A stretch of 64,000 bases of DNA, taken from Octopus sinensis. Lineage: Eukaryota. Of this stretch, positions 39,891 to 52,142 are shown piece after piece. Numbering within the stretch: the stretch's first letter is position 1; the number at the start of each line of letters is the position of its first letter. The notes under the pieces are model-generated. The model saw nothing but the letters and a program-made list of their open reading frames with translations, ran no database searches and was not told where the DNA came from. The position numbers and the translations under genes are program-made. The stretch is taken from NCBI RefSeq assembly GCF_006345805.1, contig NC_043006.1, forward strand, positions 87,978,001 to 88,042,000. Reading direction: 5' to 3'.

Positions 39891-40359
39891 GTAGTATAGA
39901 TATGGTGGAATTAACAATTAATGATAAATTTGGCAAATTCCTGATAGTGCCAGACAAAATGCCTAACAGTATTTAGAAAGATACATTCTATGTTCAAATT
40001 CTGCTGAGGTCAACTTTGCTTTTTATTTGTCCAAGACCAATTAACTAAAGTACTAGTTAAACACTAGAGATCAATTTAATCAACTGCAACACCTCTCTTT
40101 AAATGTACAGATGTTACAAATCAATAAATAATTATTTCACTCATTTCAACAAAGAAACAATCACTGCTAAAGGAGATGGAGGTGGTTGCCCACATCTGTG
40201 AGCCCTGTAAGTCAGAGTCAGGGTGGTTGTTCCACTATATCTCCCTTGTCATCCTCTGGGGCAACATCTTTTTCATTTTGTCTGGTGGGACCATGAAGCC
40301 TTTTGACTTTCAGAAAATTGTATGTTGCACTCCTCAATGTAAAGTTACTCTCTCTCTCT

Positions 40360-40406
<47 letters not shown>

Positions 40407-40671
40407 TATATTATATTAAATTAGAGATAAAACCACTATTAGGCAAATCAAACAGTGAAAAACATAAGCCAATACATAAAATTAATTAAAAAATATAAAA
40501 GTCAAAAATAAAAATTATATAAATAATTTAAACTTATAAATTTTATATATATATATATGTATTTATATTTTTATATTTACATATTATTTTATTAATTAAT
40601 TAATTAATTTTTTTTTTAAATATATTTTTTAAATATCAAAAGTATTAAAAGTTTAATAAAAGATAAAGAGT

Positions 40672-40772
40672 AAAACACTACGATCGTTTCCTGGCTGTAC
40701 CAATTCGAATAACAATAATTTAAATTCAATTAATAATTCGAGTTATGGTTACAGTCAATCTTCAGGTTAATT
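40672..40772 (-). ncRNA. Candidate minimal type-I hammerhead ribozyme
   Basis: Minus strand: CTGAAGA, long stem II, GAAA, C-GATC-G, TA; stem I weak (2-3 bp). Confidence 0.45.
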
Positions 40773-41084
40773 GAGATATTTTTAAAATAATCAGAAATAT
40801 TTAAACAATATTTTTAAGATATAAATAATATAATAATTTTACTTATAATAAACTCTATTATCAAACTAGAAACTTAAAACTTAACAATTATGATTATATC
40901 AAAATCGATTATAATGTTAAATATTAATTTTAATTTATAAGGTAAGAAACCCACCAATAATCTGATATCGGTAATAGTCTATATTTAATAACATAAATAT
41001 TTTTTTTAAAATGACTATTATATATAAATTATCAATGAAAATATATAAATGTATATAAATATTATAATTAAGATCTAAAATAAT

Positions 41085-41184
41085 NNNNNNNNNNNNNNNN
41101 NNNNNNNNNNNNNNNNNNNNNNNNNNNNNNNNNNNNNNNNNNNNNNNNNNNNNNNNNNNNNNNNNNNNNNNNNNNNNNNNNNNN
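41085..41184. other. Assembly gap (100 N)
   Basis: Direct reading. Confidence 1.
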
Positions 41185-41189
41185 ATAAA

Positions 41190-41305
41190 TACATACGAAA
41201 ATACCCTGTTGATGTTGAAATTCCAATAAAGGAGCTTTGGATCTAAGTTAGAAACCAGCTTTTTCTCTACTGGCAAGAAATCTTGAAATAAAACTAAATA
41301 ATTAC
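41190..41305 (+). mobile_element. Solo 3' UTR fragment of the R4/Dong element
   Basis: ttgatgttgaaattccaat...aagaaatcttgaaataaaact matches ~33280-33370. Confidence 0.8.
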
Positions 41306-41339
41306 GGATAGATAGAGAGACATATATATATTATGTATA

Positions 41340-41975
41340 TATATATGTAAAATTAGAAAAAAACCACCTTTTATCAATTCAAAATGAACAATTAAATTAC
41401 ACCTTCTAGAAAATTACATATAATAGAAAAGTTAAAATTAAAATAACAATAAAATGTGAAGAATAAGTAAATTGCAAAAATAATAATAAAAACATGTATT
41501 ATGTATATATATATATATATGTAAAATTAGAAAAAAAACAAATAATAATAAAAAACTATATATGTAGATATATATATGTAAAATTAGAGAAAAACCACCT
41601 TTTACCAATTCAAAATGAACAATTAAATTACACCTTCTAGAAAATTACATATAATAGAAAAGTTAAAATTAAAATAACAATAAAATGTGAAGAATAAGTA
41701 AATTGCAAAAATAATAATAAAAACATGTATTATGTATATATATATATATATGTAAAATTAGAAAAAAAACAAATAATAATAAAAACATATATTATGTATA
41801 TATATATATGTAAAATTAGAGAAAAACCACCTTTTATCAATTCAAAATGAACAATTAAATTACACCTTCTAGAAAATTACATATAATAGAAAAGTTAAAA
41901 TTAAAATAACAATAAAATGTAAAGAATAATAAGTAAATTGCAAAAATAATAATAAAAACGCATATAATAGGTATA
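41340..41975. repeat. AT-rich tandem repeat, ~231-232-bp unit, ~2.7 copies, followed by an inverted partial copy (~42001-42070)
   Basis: ccacc anchor at 41364, 41595 and 41827; the reverse complement of 42001-42070 contains aattagaaaaaaaaacaccttttatctagaaaattacatataatagaaa. Confidence 0.85.
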
Positions 41976-42073
41976 TAATATTATATAGCTATTATATACG
42001 TTTTTATTATTTCTATTATATGTAATTTTCTAGATAAAAGGTGTTTTTTTTTCTAATTTTTTATATATATATA

Positions 42074-43119
42074 TTGATTGATTGATTGATTGATTCTAGT
42101 TTCAGCTTATGAGCTGTGGCCATGCTGGGGCACCGCCATTTGGTGTTGCTACTTGGTTTCACTTCATGGAGGCTTTCTAGCAACTGCTATTTGGTGCATG
42201 AGAGAGTTCGATGCAGCTGCCCTCATCTGCCGTGAAGTTGGTTCATCTGGGACACCTGACAGGAAGAGATCCAGCTTCATTTTAAAGACATCTGTATCCA
42301 CCCCATGCAGGTCTCTCAGGTTCTTCGGGAGGATATTGAAGAGCTGTGGGCCTCGGAAGCCCAGGCTATCACAGAATCTTGTCCTACATCTTGATGGCAG
42401 GTTGGAGTCCGGCACCACGCAGTGGCGCCCAGTTCTGGCATTTGCGTAACTCTCGATGCCAAGTTCAGGACACTTCCCTCCAGGATCTTCCAGATGTATA
42501 TTATGGCATATCTTTCCCGCCTACGCTCCAGAGAATATAATTTTAATCTCTTGAGTCTTTCCCAGTAGCTTACTTCTGCATAGAGGCTATCTTCTTGTGT
42601 AGCTTCGTTGGATCGCCTCAAGTTCTGTGATCAACTTGACACTGGATGGTGACCATAGCTGAGAGCAATAGTCAAAGTGGCTTAGGACAAGTGTCTTCCA
42701 GAGGACCATCATGGTTTTTTGTTCTCTTGTTCTAAAGGTTCTAAGAATCCATCCAGCAGCCGTCTACATTTCATTGTCAGTTTAGCAACATGTACATGAA
42801 AGGTCGCGTCATCACTCATGTGAATACCCAGGTCACGCACTGATTGTGCCTCTGGGATTGCAATCCCTCCGAGTCCAGTGTATTCATTGGGTATTGCATT
42901 CAGTTTTGCATGCTGATAGTATAAAGCTTGAAACTTTCCAGCATTGAACTGCATGCTATTCTTTTCAGCCCACTTGTATATTTCGTCCAGCTCACATTGC
43001 AGGTGTTTAGTGTCCTCAGGGTTCTGTATTGCCTGTGAAACTTTTGTATCATCTGCATAACTTGTGATCGTGGCTCTCTGCGTGGCTGAGGGCATGTCTG
43101 AGAGGGCCATTATGAACAT
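42074..43119 (-). mobile_element. 5'-truncated CR1/L2-group LINE (RT C-terminal half plus 3' UTR) with (ATCA)n tail
   Basis: FIMALSDMP, SYADDTK, WAEKNSMQFNAGK, VRDLGIHM, LYSLERRRERYAIIYIWKILEG, GPQLFNILP, FKMKLDLFL; frameshifted. Confidence 0.85.
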
Positions 43120-43261
43120 ATATATATGAACATATATATATATATATGAACATATATATATATATATATATATATAAAATTGTGTGAAATTTGATTTAGT
43201 ATTTCTAAATTGAATTTTTTTCCTTGTAAGTTTGGATTTTATTCCCTCAAATAATAATTAT

Positions 43262-43300
<39 letters not shown>

Positions 43301-44008
43301 ATATATATATGCACAAGCACAGACACCTCCTATTATCCATCATGCTTATCTATTGTTTCTAGTGGTTATGCCAGGTGCCAGGAAAAAAAGCACTCAGTAT
43401 GCTCAATGAACTGGGTAGTTTTAGGAAAGGCATCGAGCAATAGAAACCAAGTCAAACCTAATTTACAATCGTTCTAGGAGAGCAACAGTAATCTGTCTAG
43501 TACATGTCTGCATGGAGAATGAATAAAAGGAATGAGGATGATAATATATACATCTGTGTGTGTGTAATCATAAAAAAAAAATAATCTTAGGATATTGCTT
43601 TATTTTTTCCCTAATATTACTATTTTTTATATTTCATATATTATTCTTTTAAGTACCAATTGATCTAAAACTACTGCGATTTAAAGACTTCCTTGTAAGG
43701 ATATTCAGGGACCATGTGTCGAGCAATCAGTGCCAACCTTTTGTGATCTTCTTACTCTAAATAAGATGCTGCACACATCTTTTGTCTGTAAGGATTACAA
43801 TATATCTTAATTTCTTAATGGCACATTATTTTCAATAGTATTAAATCATCAGCCTCTCATAAACTGCATGACTTAAAAAATACATCTATTTTCACTCCTA
43901 AGAAATTGTATAACACATAAATTAATATGAAGACTTATTTCTTGGCTTTGTTACACAAATGTAGAGCCAGAAAAGTATTACACAGTATTACACAGAAAAG
44001 TATTACAC

Positions 44009-44427
44009 ATAAGGCAGTGAGCTGGCAGAAACGTTAGCACGCTGGGCGAAATGCATAGCGGTATTTTGTCTGCCATTACATTCTGAGTTCAAATTCTGCT
44101 GAGGTTGACTTTGCCTTTCATCCTTTTGGGATCGATTAATTAAGTACCAGTTACGCACTGGGGTCGATATAATCAACTTAATCCGTCTGTCTGTCCTTCT
44201 TTGTCTCCTCTGTGTGTAGCCCCTTGTGGGTAATAAAGAAATAGGTATTTCGTCTGCCGTTACGTTCTGAGTTCAAATTCCGCCGAGGTCGACTTGGCCT
44301 TCCATCCTTTTGGGGTCGATAAATTAAGTACCAGTTACGCACTGGGGTCAGTCTAATCGACTTAATCCCTTTGTCTGTCCTTGTCTGTCCCCTCTATGTT
44401 TATCCCCTTGTGGGCAATAAAGAAATA
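44009..44427 (+). mobile_element. Dimeric SINE family C with a 15-bp TSD
   Basis: Full monomer followed by a 5'-truncated second monomer; TSD agaaaagtattacac at 43994-44008 and 44428-44442. Confidence 0.85.
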
Positions 44428-47094
44428 AGAAAAGTATTACACTTTCTTTTATGGAGACACATAGATGATCCGGGTTAAAAGAAACTGCTAACAACAAATT
44501 CTCCCCATTGTTTTCTTTAATTCAATGTGTACAAGTATGATCATGTTTTTAAGTAGTTTGGTTTTACTGTCACATGGGTCAAAGTTCAGTTATACTGTGC
44601 CTTGGAAAATGTTTTCTTGCATTGTCCCATGTTGACCAAAGCCTTCTAAAATAAGCACTTTTGAAACCATTTTCTTTGCTAAAATATGGTTTAGTCATGT
44701 GGCCTGATGTCAGTTTCCTTCACTATCTCTATATTCTAAATATCTCTTCACAAAACTCTTTTCACTTTTATTCTAAATACTTCCTCACAAAGCTTTCTTT
44801 CCTCTGTTTTTATTTCCATCACATTTAGCCATATTTTACTTGGGTTCTTCTTCCTCTACTTTCCTGCTTCAATTTAAGTTTCCTCAAATCTGTCACCAGT
44901 TACTTTCATCCTTTCTCAATGCATGACCCAACCGTCTCATCCCTTTTTTTTTTCACAACAGTCAACACCAGCTCTATAAAGAACCACTTGGTATGTATAG
45001 CTAATACCTTAAGAGTAATGATACTCAGAAAATGGAAACTAATCCTTAAATATAGAATAACCAGGTAAAACCATCACTCTGCATAATTTTTATAATTTTC
45101 ATTCTTCTCTCTCTCTCTCTCCTCTCTCTCACACACACACACACACATGTATTTAACTTAGTAATCACTACAAGTGAGTATGACATGTACCATGATTTTG
45201 CAAATTGTTTTAGGCACTTATGTATGTACAAGCAGATATGGACTCCCTCATAGCCCACCATCTTGATAAAGTGAAACTTCAAGAATATGACAGCCAGAAA
45301 GAGAGCGGGGGGAAAGGGATGGAGAGCCATACCAGTATTTGATTGATACTCATTTAGCAAACGAGAGCAATGTGAAATGAAGTACTTTACTCAAAGATAC
45401 AATATGCTGCTTAGTTCAAGAATCAAAGACTAGAATTTATGATTCAAAGCCAAGCACTCAAACCACAAGATCAATGTATTCTCATACGATTATGCATGTA
45501 TACAGATTCATTTCCCAACATAGGTAAAAGGAAACTAATATTCTAAACCACTTTAGTGTATTATTATCAGTAGTTCTAAACAGATTGTTATGCAACATCT
45601 TTTATCAGATTATTAATTAATTGGGAAAAAAAAAAATTTTGTGTAGACCATCATGAATTCAGTCAAAGATTTTGGGGCAGTAATCAAAATTGACAATGAA
45701 GGGTAAATGAAATGAAATGCACACAACATTCTAACCAGAACTGAATCCTCTCAGGAAGTTGCTTCCAATAAATTGTTGTTTTGAATATGTTTGTTCTTCA
45801 ATTTGGGTGAGTCCAACACATATCAATAAATGTATACAGCTGGAAAGATAAATGGCCCTTTGGAATTACACTAAATATATATATATTACACTGAATATAT
45901 ATATATATATTAGAAATTTAGAGATAAATATAGTGTTAATGTATTTTGATATGTTATTCAATGTTGCTCTAAATATAAATCTGTATTCTTTTCCAACAGT
46001 ATATGATTAAAACTGCATAAAATGTGCATTCACTGAATGCAGAACAATTCTGCTGTAGAATATGCACTGAATACAAAAGAATTTTACAGCAGTGTCTGCT
46101 TTGATCCAGACACTATTACCTAAGTGAGATACATGTCATAAATCTACAGAGCTTTTTCTGAATTTCAATCAACGGTAATCCATATAAATACTCATTGTTA
46201 GGTAATGAAACACAACAGAATCATTTTGAGGTGAACTCCATATCACATTCGCACAGAAAATAAAATGCAATGTAAACTAGATAACTAGTTCACTCAGTAA
46301 GGGTTTCAAACTGATGGTAATATTGCTATCACTCTCTTCTCCCTCATAGGCTATATCTCTTTGACTCTCTTGTGTAAAGTATATGATCTATAAGGTCCCA
46401 GAGTTTCAGCAAATAGTTATATAATATCTGTATAAGAGTAATCTCCGGGTAATCAAAATTCACACATATTGTTATTTATATAGCTATACTGGAAGTCCTT
46501 GCCTCCCCTCATGTGCAACAAAGAGAAAAATGAAAACATCAAAGAGAGCTAAAGGAGGAAGAAAAACGGGGTTTAACATCACATAAACATACCACTACCA
46601 TTATCTTCATAACATCCGTCCCTCTCTTTCTATCTCTCTCTATATATATAAAGTCTCTCATTCAACCTCTCTCTGTTGAATGAAAATGAAAAGCAGAAAG
46701 ATTAAAGAGAAACTGAAGGAGGAAAAACATAGAGTTTAACATTGCACAAATGTATTACCACAATAATTTCTATTAGCCTCCTCCCTCTTTCTTCATTCTG
46801 CATGTTTGTTTCTTATTCTTTATTTCTTTCTCTATTTTGTTATTTCAGAGACAGAGAGAAGAGAAAGAGAAAGATTGCCATTACAACTCTTTCTTGATTG
46901 GTATGAGGTTATGGCTGCAGAAAGATTTCACTGGAATTTCTCATAATGAATGTTATGTAAGTCTTCCCTCTGAGATTGCAAATAATAATATATATGGTTT
47001 CGTGGCTTTTGGATATGTAAACAAACAACTCCCAATTATATATATATCATATATATCATGTGTGTGTGTGTACATATGTATATATTATACATTT

Positions 47095-47142
<48 letters not shown>

Positions 47143-47286
47143 TTATATTTTCAAAATAGAGAATGCCTAAGAGATTATATCATACATTGTACATATTGGT
47201 TTATGTAATGTTATAGAGCAGACACTGTTGCTTTGTGAATGCATGGGTACAAAAGATAAATGCTACATGTTAGCTGTATGCATGTG

Positions 47287-47323
<37 letters not shown>

Positions 47324-47635
47324 ATTCAATGGCAACACCAAAGGACAATGGAAGCAGAAACGGCTGTTAGATGGGAGATAAAGTTATATATTAAAAAAAT
47401 AATAATCAATGTTAGTCAATTGTTGTTGATTAAGATTTCTCCATTTTCTGCTTAATAAACTGGACAACTGAACAGTTTATGTGAATAGTAAATGGATAGA
47501 AATATAAAAAAATAAATATTAGTGTGTATTTCTGAATGTATTTCTCTGGCATGTTGATACAAGCATACACACAATTACATACAAAAAGCATGTATAAACA
47601 CATTTAACACATAGACTATTGCAGAGAGATACATT

Positions 47636-47675
<40 letters not shown>

Positions 47676-48603
47676 AAAATTTACACAAATACACTTTATA
47701 TATTTCATAACTATGTGTGTAAATATTCATATATATCTGTGTGTGCATGTATAATCAGTCTTATTTTAAATGGTTTCACTAGTGTTCTCTAATTCTTTGA
47801 ATATATATTAAAATACACAACATTGAAATGGGAGAGTCTTAATCTTTTTTATTTCTACATGAATACACATACGTACATACACATAAGCACGAACACATAC
47901 ACACACAAACACACATGCTCACACACAGGTCTTCATAGGCATATCTTTCAGTTACATTGGACAAAATAAATATAGACGATCCCACAACACACACACACAT
48001 ACACATGTACACATATTCATTACCAAACACATACTCAAAGTCATACATATGCACATAGAAATAATATAAAATATAGAGAAACAATATAAAAAGTGCATAA
48101 AGACAAAAAGGGCCCTAACTATTTGATAGCATAAACCAAACAGAATGTACTCTCTCACAAATCACTATTATCAATAATATCAATGATAATGGGAAAGAGA
48201 AAAATATTTTTTCATTTCTTTTATTAATCATTTACTTGTTTTTTTTTCGGCATTTTTTTTTCTGTTATCATTATTATTATTATTTTTAAATGCTATAGAC
48301 TTACTGTATCAAAAAAACAACTTATTGCAGGACTGACTGTCTCCAGGGTAGAGAACATCAGACACTGTATATAATATACAATGAAGATTGTCAGAAGTTA
48401 ATCATTGTTTACCTAAAAGAAAAATAGAAAGAGAAAAAAATTAGAAGAAATATATATAAAAAAAAAGATTCAAAACAAAACAATTAATAACAAATAGGAA
48501 AAAAGTATAAAAAGATAATTCTTGTTATGGTTTCTTCTTGTTTGAGCTATACAGAGTAAGAAAAAAACAATGAATGAGAGAGGGAGAGAGAGAGGGAGAG
48601 GGC

Positions 48604-48635
<32 letters not shown>

Positions 48636-49240
48636 GACTGAGAGCAGGAGATTGGGAGTAAGAGAGAGAGAGGATAAAAGAAAGTGAGAGTAAGAGAGAA
48701 TGAAAGAGACCAGAAAAAGTATTGCAGTCAGAATGGCCAGAGATAGTACATAGTGTATTGTTGATTTAAAAAATATACAGAATACATTGTAAAATTTTAA
48801 TAGTTTGATGATAACAATAATAATAACAACAACAACAAAAACAATAATGATGATCTACATACATAAAATAATTAGCTTAGTATATTTATTCACTGTATGC
48901 TAAGGAGATAGTATGAAAGTCTCCTACTTTCATAGAACAAACAAAAAGTATGTGATAATAGAAGAAAATGAACATTTGTTAAAGAGTAAGGGGTTTATCT
49001 GTCACACTTGACTAGAGTAGCAAAGAGGAAAAGAGTTAAAGAATAAAAATTAGAGTGGATTGGAATAGTAGGTGTAATAAGGAGTGACAGATATCATCAA
49101 AAATGTATTTTCAGTAACAGTGTATAAAACTGTAGAGTAATTCACGATTTAAACAGAGCATAAGTTGTACATACATGCACAGATGCAAGTATATACAAAT
49201 GTACACTGCAATTTTTGAAGCACACACACACACACACACA

Positions 49241-49792
49241 TATATTATATAAAATCCATTCTGTCTGTCTGTGTGTGTGTCTTCTAGGATCTCAGGCATC
49301 CTCCATCCGATTGTGCTCAAATTTGATACGTAGATACTGATGGTAGCAGGGCGTTTATAAGTCTTGAAAAAATTACAGAATCGACTTCAGGTGGGAATGC
49401 AATCGATAAAGCCATTTATGTCCTGCTTTTCTTCCATCAACCTGTACATAACTGCACCTTCCACATTTTCTTGTTTTTGTACTGCTTAAAGGCACGTTTC
49501 TTTCCTGCCAAGCTTACTGTTTAAACCATGTTTGTGTTCTCCCAGTCAACAGCCTTATCATTACTGGTACTTTAAACTCTTCGGTTGCTTATTTGTGTGA
49601 ATAAAATCGTTTTTCTTTGGAATAGAAAAAAAGTCTATCTTTATTTCTTCTTTTGCTGGTGTCTCAAATTTAGGTTAAATCAGTGTTTCTCAAAGAGGAG
49701 GCCTACGGGACAGTCGGACAAGTTGTTTTGAGAGAATTTGGTTTAAATCTTTGAAACTCAGCATGTCCATTGACGGTGGGCGCGTTTTGCTA

Positions 49793-49793
<1 letters not shown>
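49241..49793 (+). mobile_element. Non-autonomous Helitron-like element
   Basis: 5' tattatataaaatccattctgtctgtctgtgtg...ccatccgattgtgctcaaattt; 3' GC-rich stretch ending in gCTAG|t. Confidence 0.65.
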
Positions 49794-49830
<37 letters not shown>

Positions 49831-49832
<2 letters not shown>

Positions 49833-50345
49833 TAGCTTAAATGCCACACTCTGTGTGGACTTCCAAGCTAGCTCCTGCACCCCAAAACTAAGAGCAAAAT
49901 GCTGTTACTATAATATGTCTATAATGACTATATGCCCTGGTGTGGTGTTTGATCAGAAGTTGAGGACAGATGAAAATTAATTCTGTAATGCAATCTTTCT
50001 ATTGTTCCAGTCCCAAGTTGAATTCCAACTGTTGGCCAATTTGTCCCAAAGTTCTTATCTCAATGTAAAATTAACAAAGTAAATTCATTTATCTCCCCCT
50101 TGATCACTGATGTCATCTAGTAAACACCAACCAAGATGGTGCAAATCAGCTAAGCTTTACATGCTAGAAATAGCAACCCAAATGCTTTTAAATCAGATCC
50201 CAATGCTGGATGTTCAAGAATCAAATGAAAGACAGATTTTCAATCCCAGGATCATCCTGATTCCAAAATGGTATGTCTAGAGCACATGTAGACTGAGATA
50301 CAGGGGTCTCAGATGGACAGACAGAATTTCACTTTTATTATATAT
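49831..50345 (-). mobile_element. Non-autonomous Helitron-like element, opposite orientation
   Basis: Minus-strand 5' atataataaaagtgaaattctgtctgtcc; hairpin ccacac-tct-gtgtgg (49844-49858) about 9 nt from CTAG|t. Confidence 0.65.
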
Positions 50346-50574
50346 ATATGCATATGCATTTATGTGCACATGCATATTAAAAAATACACTAAGCGTATTT
50401 TGTCTTCAATTCTTCCACCTTTTGACCTTTTGCAAATAGTCCATAAATTATAGTGGATAAAATATCTGTATTAAACATTATGTCGTACAGAACCTTTGTT
50501 TTTTTATCTCTTGACAAAACTTTCTCTATAATTAATGTGTTTTTAACAATACAGGTAAACTACTACTACTACTG

Positions 50575-50990
50575 CCATCAAGAAGAAGAAGAAGGTGATG
50601 ATGCTGAGGAGGAGGATGGGAGAGAGATGGATGTGAGGGAGGAGGAGGAGGAGGATATGAGGGAGGAGAGGGGAGAAGAAGAAGAAGAAGAAGAAGGTGA
50701 TGATGCTGAAGAGGAGGATGGGAGAGAGAAGGATGTTGGGGGGAGGAGGGGAGAAGGAGAAGAAGAAGAAGAAAAAGAAGAAGGTGATGATGCTGAAGAG
50801 GAGGATGAGAGAGAGGAGAAGGATGTGAGGGAGGAGGAGGGGGAGAAGCAGAAGAAGAAGAAGGAGGAGGAGAAGGAAAAGAAGGAGGAGGAGGAGAAGG
50901 AAAAGAAGAAGGAGGAGAAGGAAAAGAAGAAGGAGGAGGAGGAAAAGAAGAAAGAGGAGGAGGAAGGAGAGGAGGAGGAAAATTTATGAT
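50575..50990. repeat. Polypurine (GAA/GAG)n tract with three degenerate ~100-bp units
   Basis: gaaggtgatgatgctgar unit seen three times; ~50850-50980 is pure A/G. Confidence 0.9.
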
Positions 50991-51435
50991 TTAAGCACAA
51001 GGCCAGTAATTTTTGAGAGGAATCAATAATATCAACCTGAATACTGGACTGGTATTATATTATATCAACCTTGAAAGCACTGAAGCGAAATTGACCTTAG
51101 CAGGATTTAAACTGATCCAATTCAAAATATAAAGGGCTGAAAGATATCTTTCTGACACACTAACAATTCTTGCTTTGAATTTAGGTACAAGGTCAACAGT
51201 TTTCGAAGTGAGAGCAATAGATGATCACACCAAGCCCTTACATTACGAGCATTTTATTCAACCAACTCCAAAAGGGTGAAAGGCAAAGTTGACTGTAGAA
51301 GAATTTAAACTCAGAAAGTAATGCACTATTAACTAAATACAGCAAACCATTTTGACTTACACTAAACAATTCTGCCAATTACCATAATAATTTAACAACA
51401 ACAACAACAATAATAATAAATTCAATTTTATTTTC

Positions 51436-51644
51436 CATGTGGTTATTGGTGCACTTGGCACAACACCCAAACTACTACCTAAGAAATGAAAGATATTGAA
51501 ATTGAGATTCACATTGTTGACCTGCAGGGAAATACAATGTGGTATTCTGCAAGAATCATAAGATTCTTGAGATTGATGGAGACTTGTTGCTATCAAACCT
51601 CAAGATAATATCTCTGCCAATTAAATTAGCATGTAATAATAATG

Positions 51645-51681
<37 letters not shown>
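51436..51681 (+). mobile_element. 3' fragment of a second R4/Dong-like element, with a (TAA)n tail
   Basis: VVIGALGTTPKLLP / KDIEIEIHIVDLQ...SARII / KILEI; followed by (TAA)n and preceded by (CAA)n(TAA)n. Confidence 0.6.
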
Positions 51682-51683
<2 letters not shown>

Positions 51684-51880
51684 GCTTCAAATTTTGGCAC
51701 AAGGACAGACTTTACAGAGGGAGAGGTTAAGTGGATTACATCAACCCCAATACTCAACTGGTACTTATTTTAGTGATCCTGATAGGATGAAAGTCAAAGT
51801 CAACCTTGGTGGACTTTGAATTCAGAATGTAAAGATGATGGAAATGCCACTAATGCTTACAATTCTGCCAGCTCACTGCC

Positions 51881-51930
<50 letters not shown>

Positions 51931-51944
51931 TACTATTATTATTA

Positions 51945-52142
51945 TTATTTCTTTACTACCCACAAGGGGCTAAACACAGAAGGGACAAACAAGGACAGAC
52001 AAACGGATTAAGTCGATTACATCGACCTCAGTGCATAACTGGTACTTAATTTGTCGACCCCAAAAGGATGAAAGGTAAAGTTGACCTCGGCGGAATTTGA
52101 ACTCATTTCGCCCAGCGTGCTAACATTTCTGCCAGCTTGCCA
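51945..52142 (-). mobile_element. SINE family C, internally deleted
   Basis: Reverse-complement match to the monomer at 44009. Confidence 0.85.

Noticed and set aside
50453-51000. 178-aa Glu/Lys-rich ORF and its antisense Ser/Phe-rich ORF
   Set aside because: Simple (GAA/GAG)n repeat; no domain or splice support
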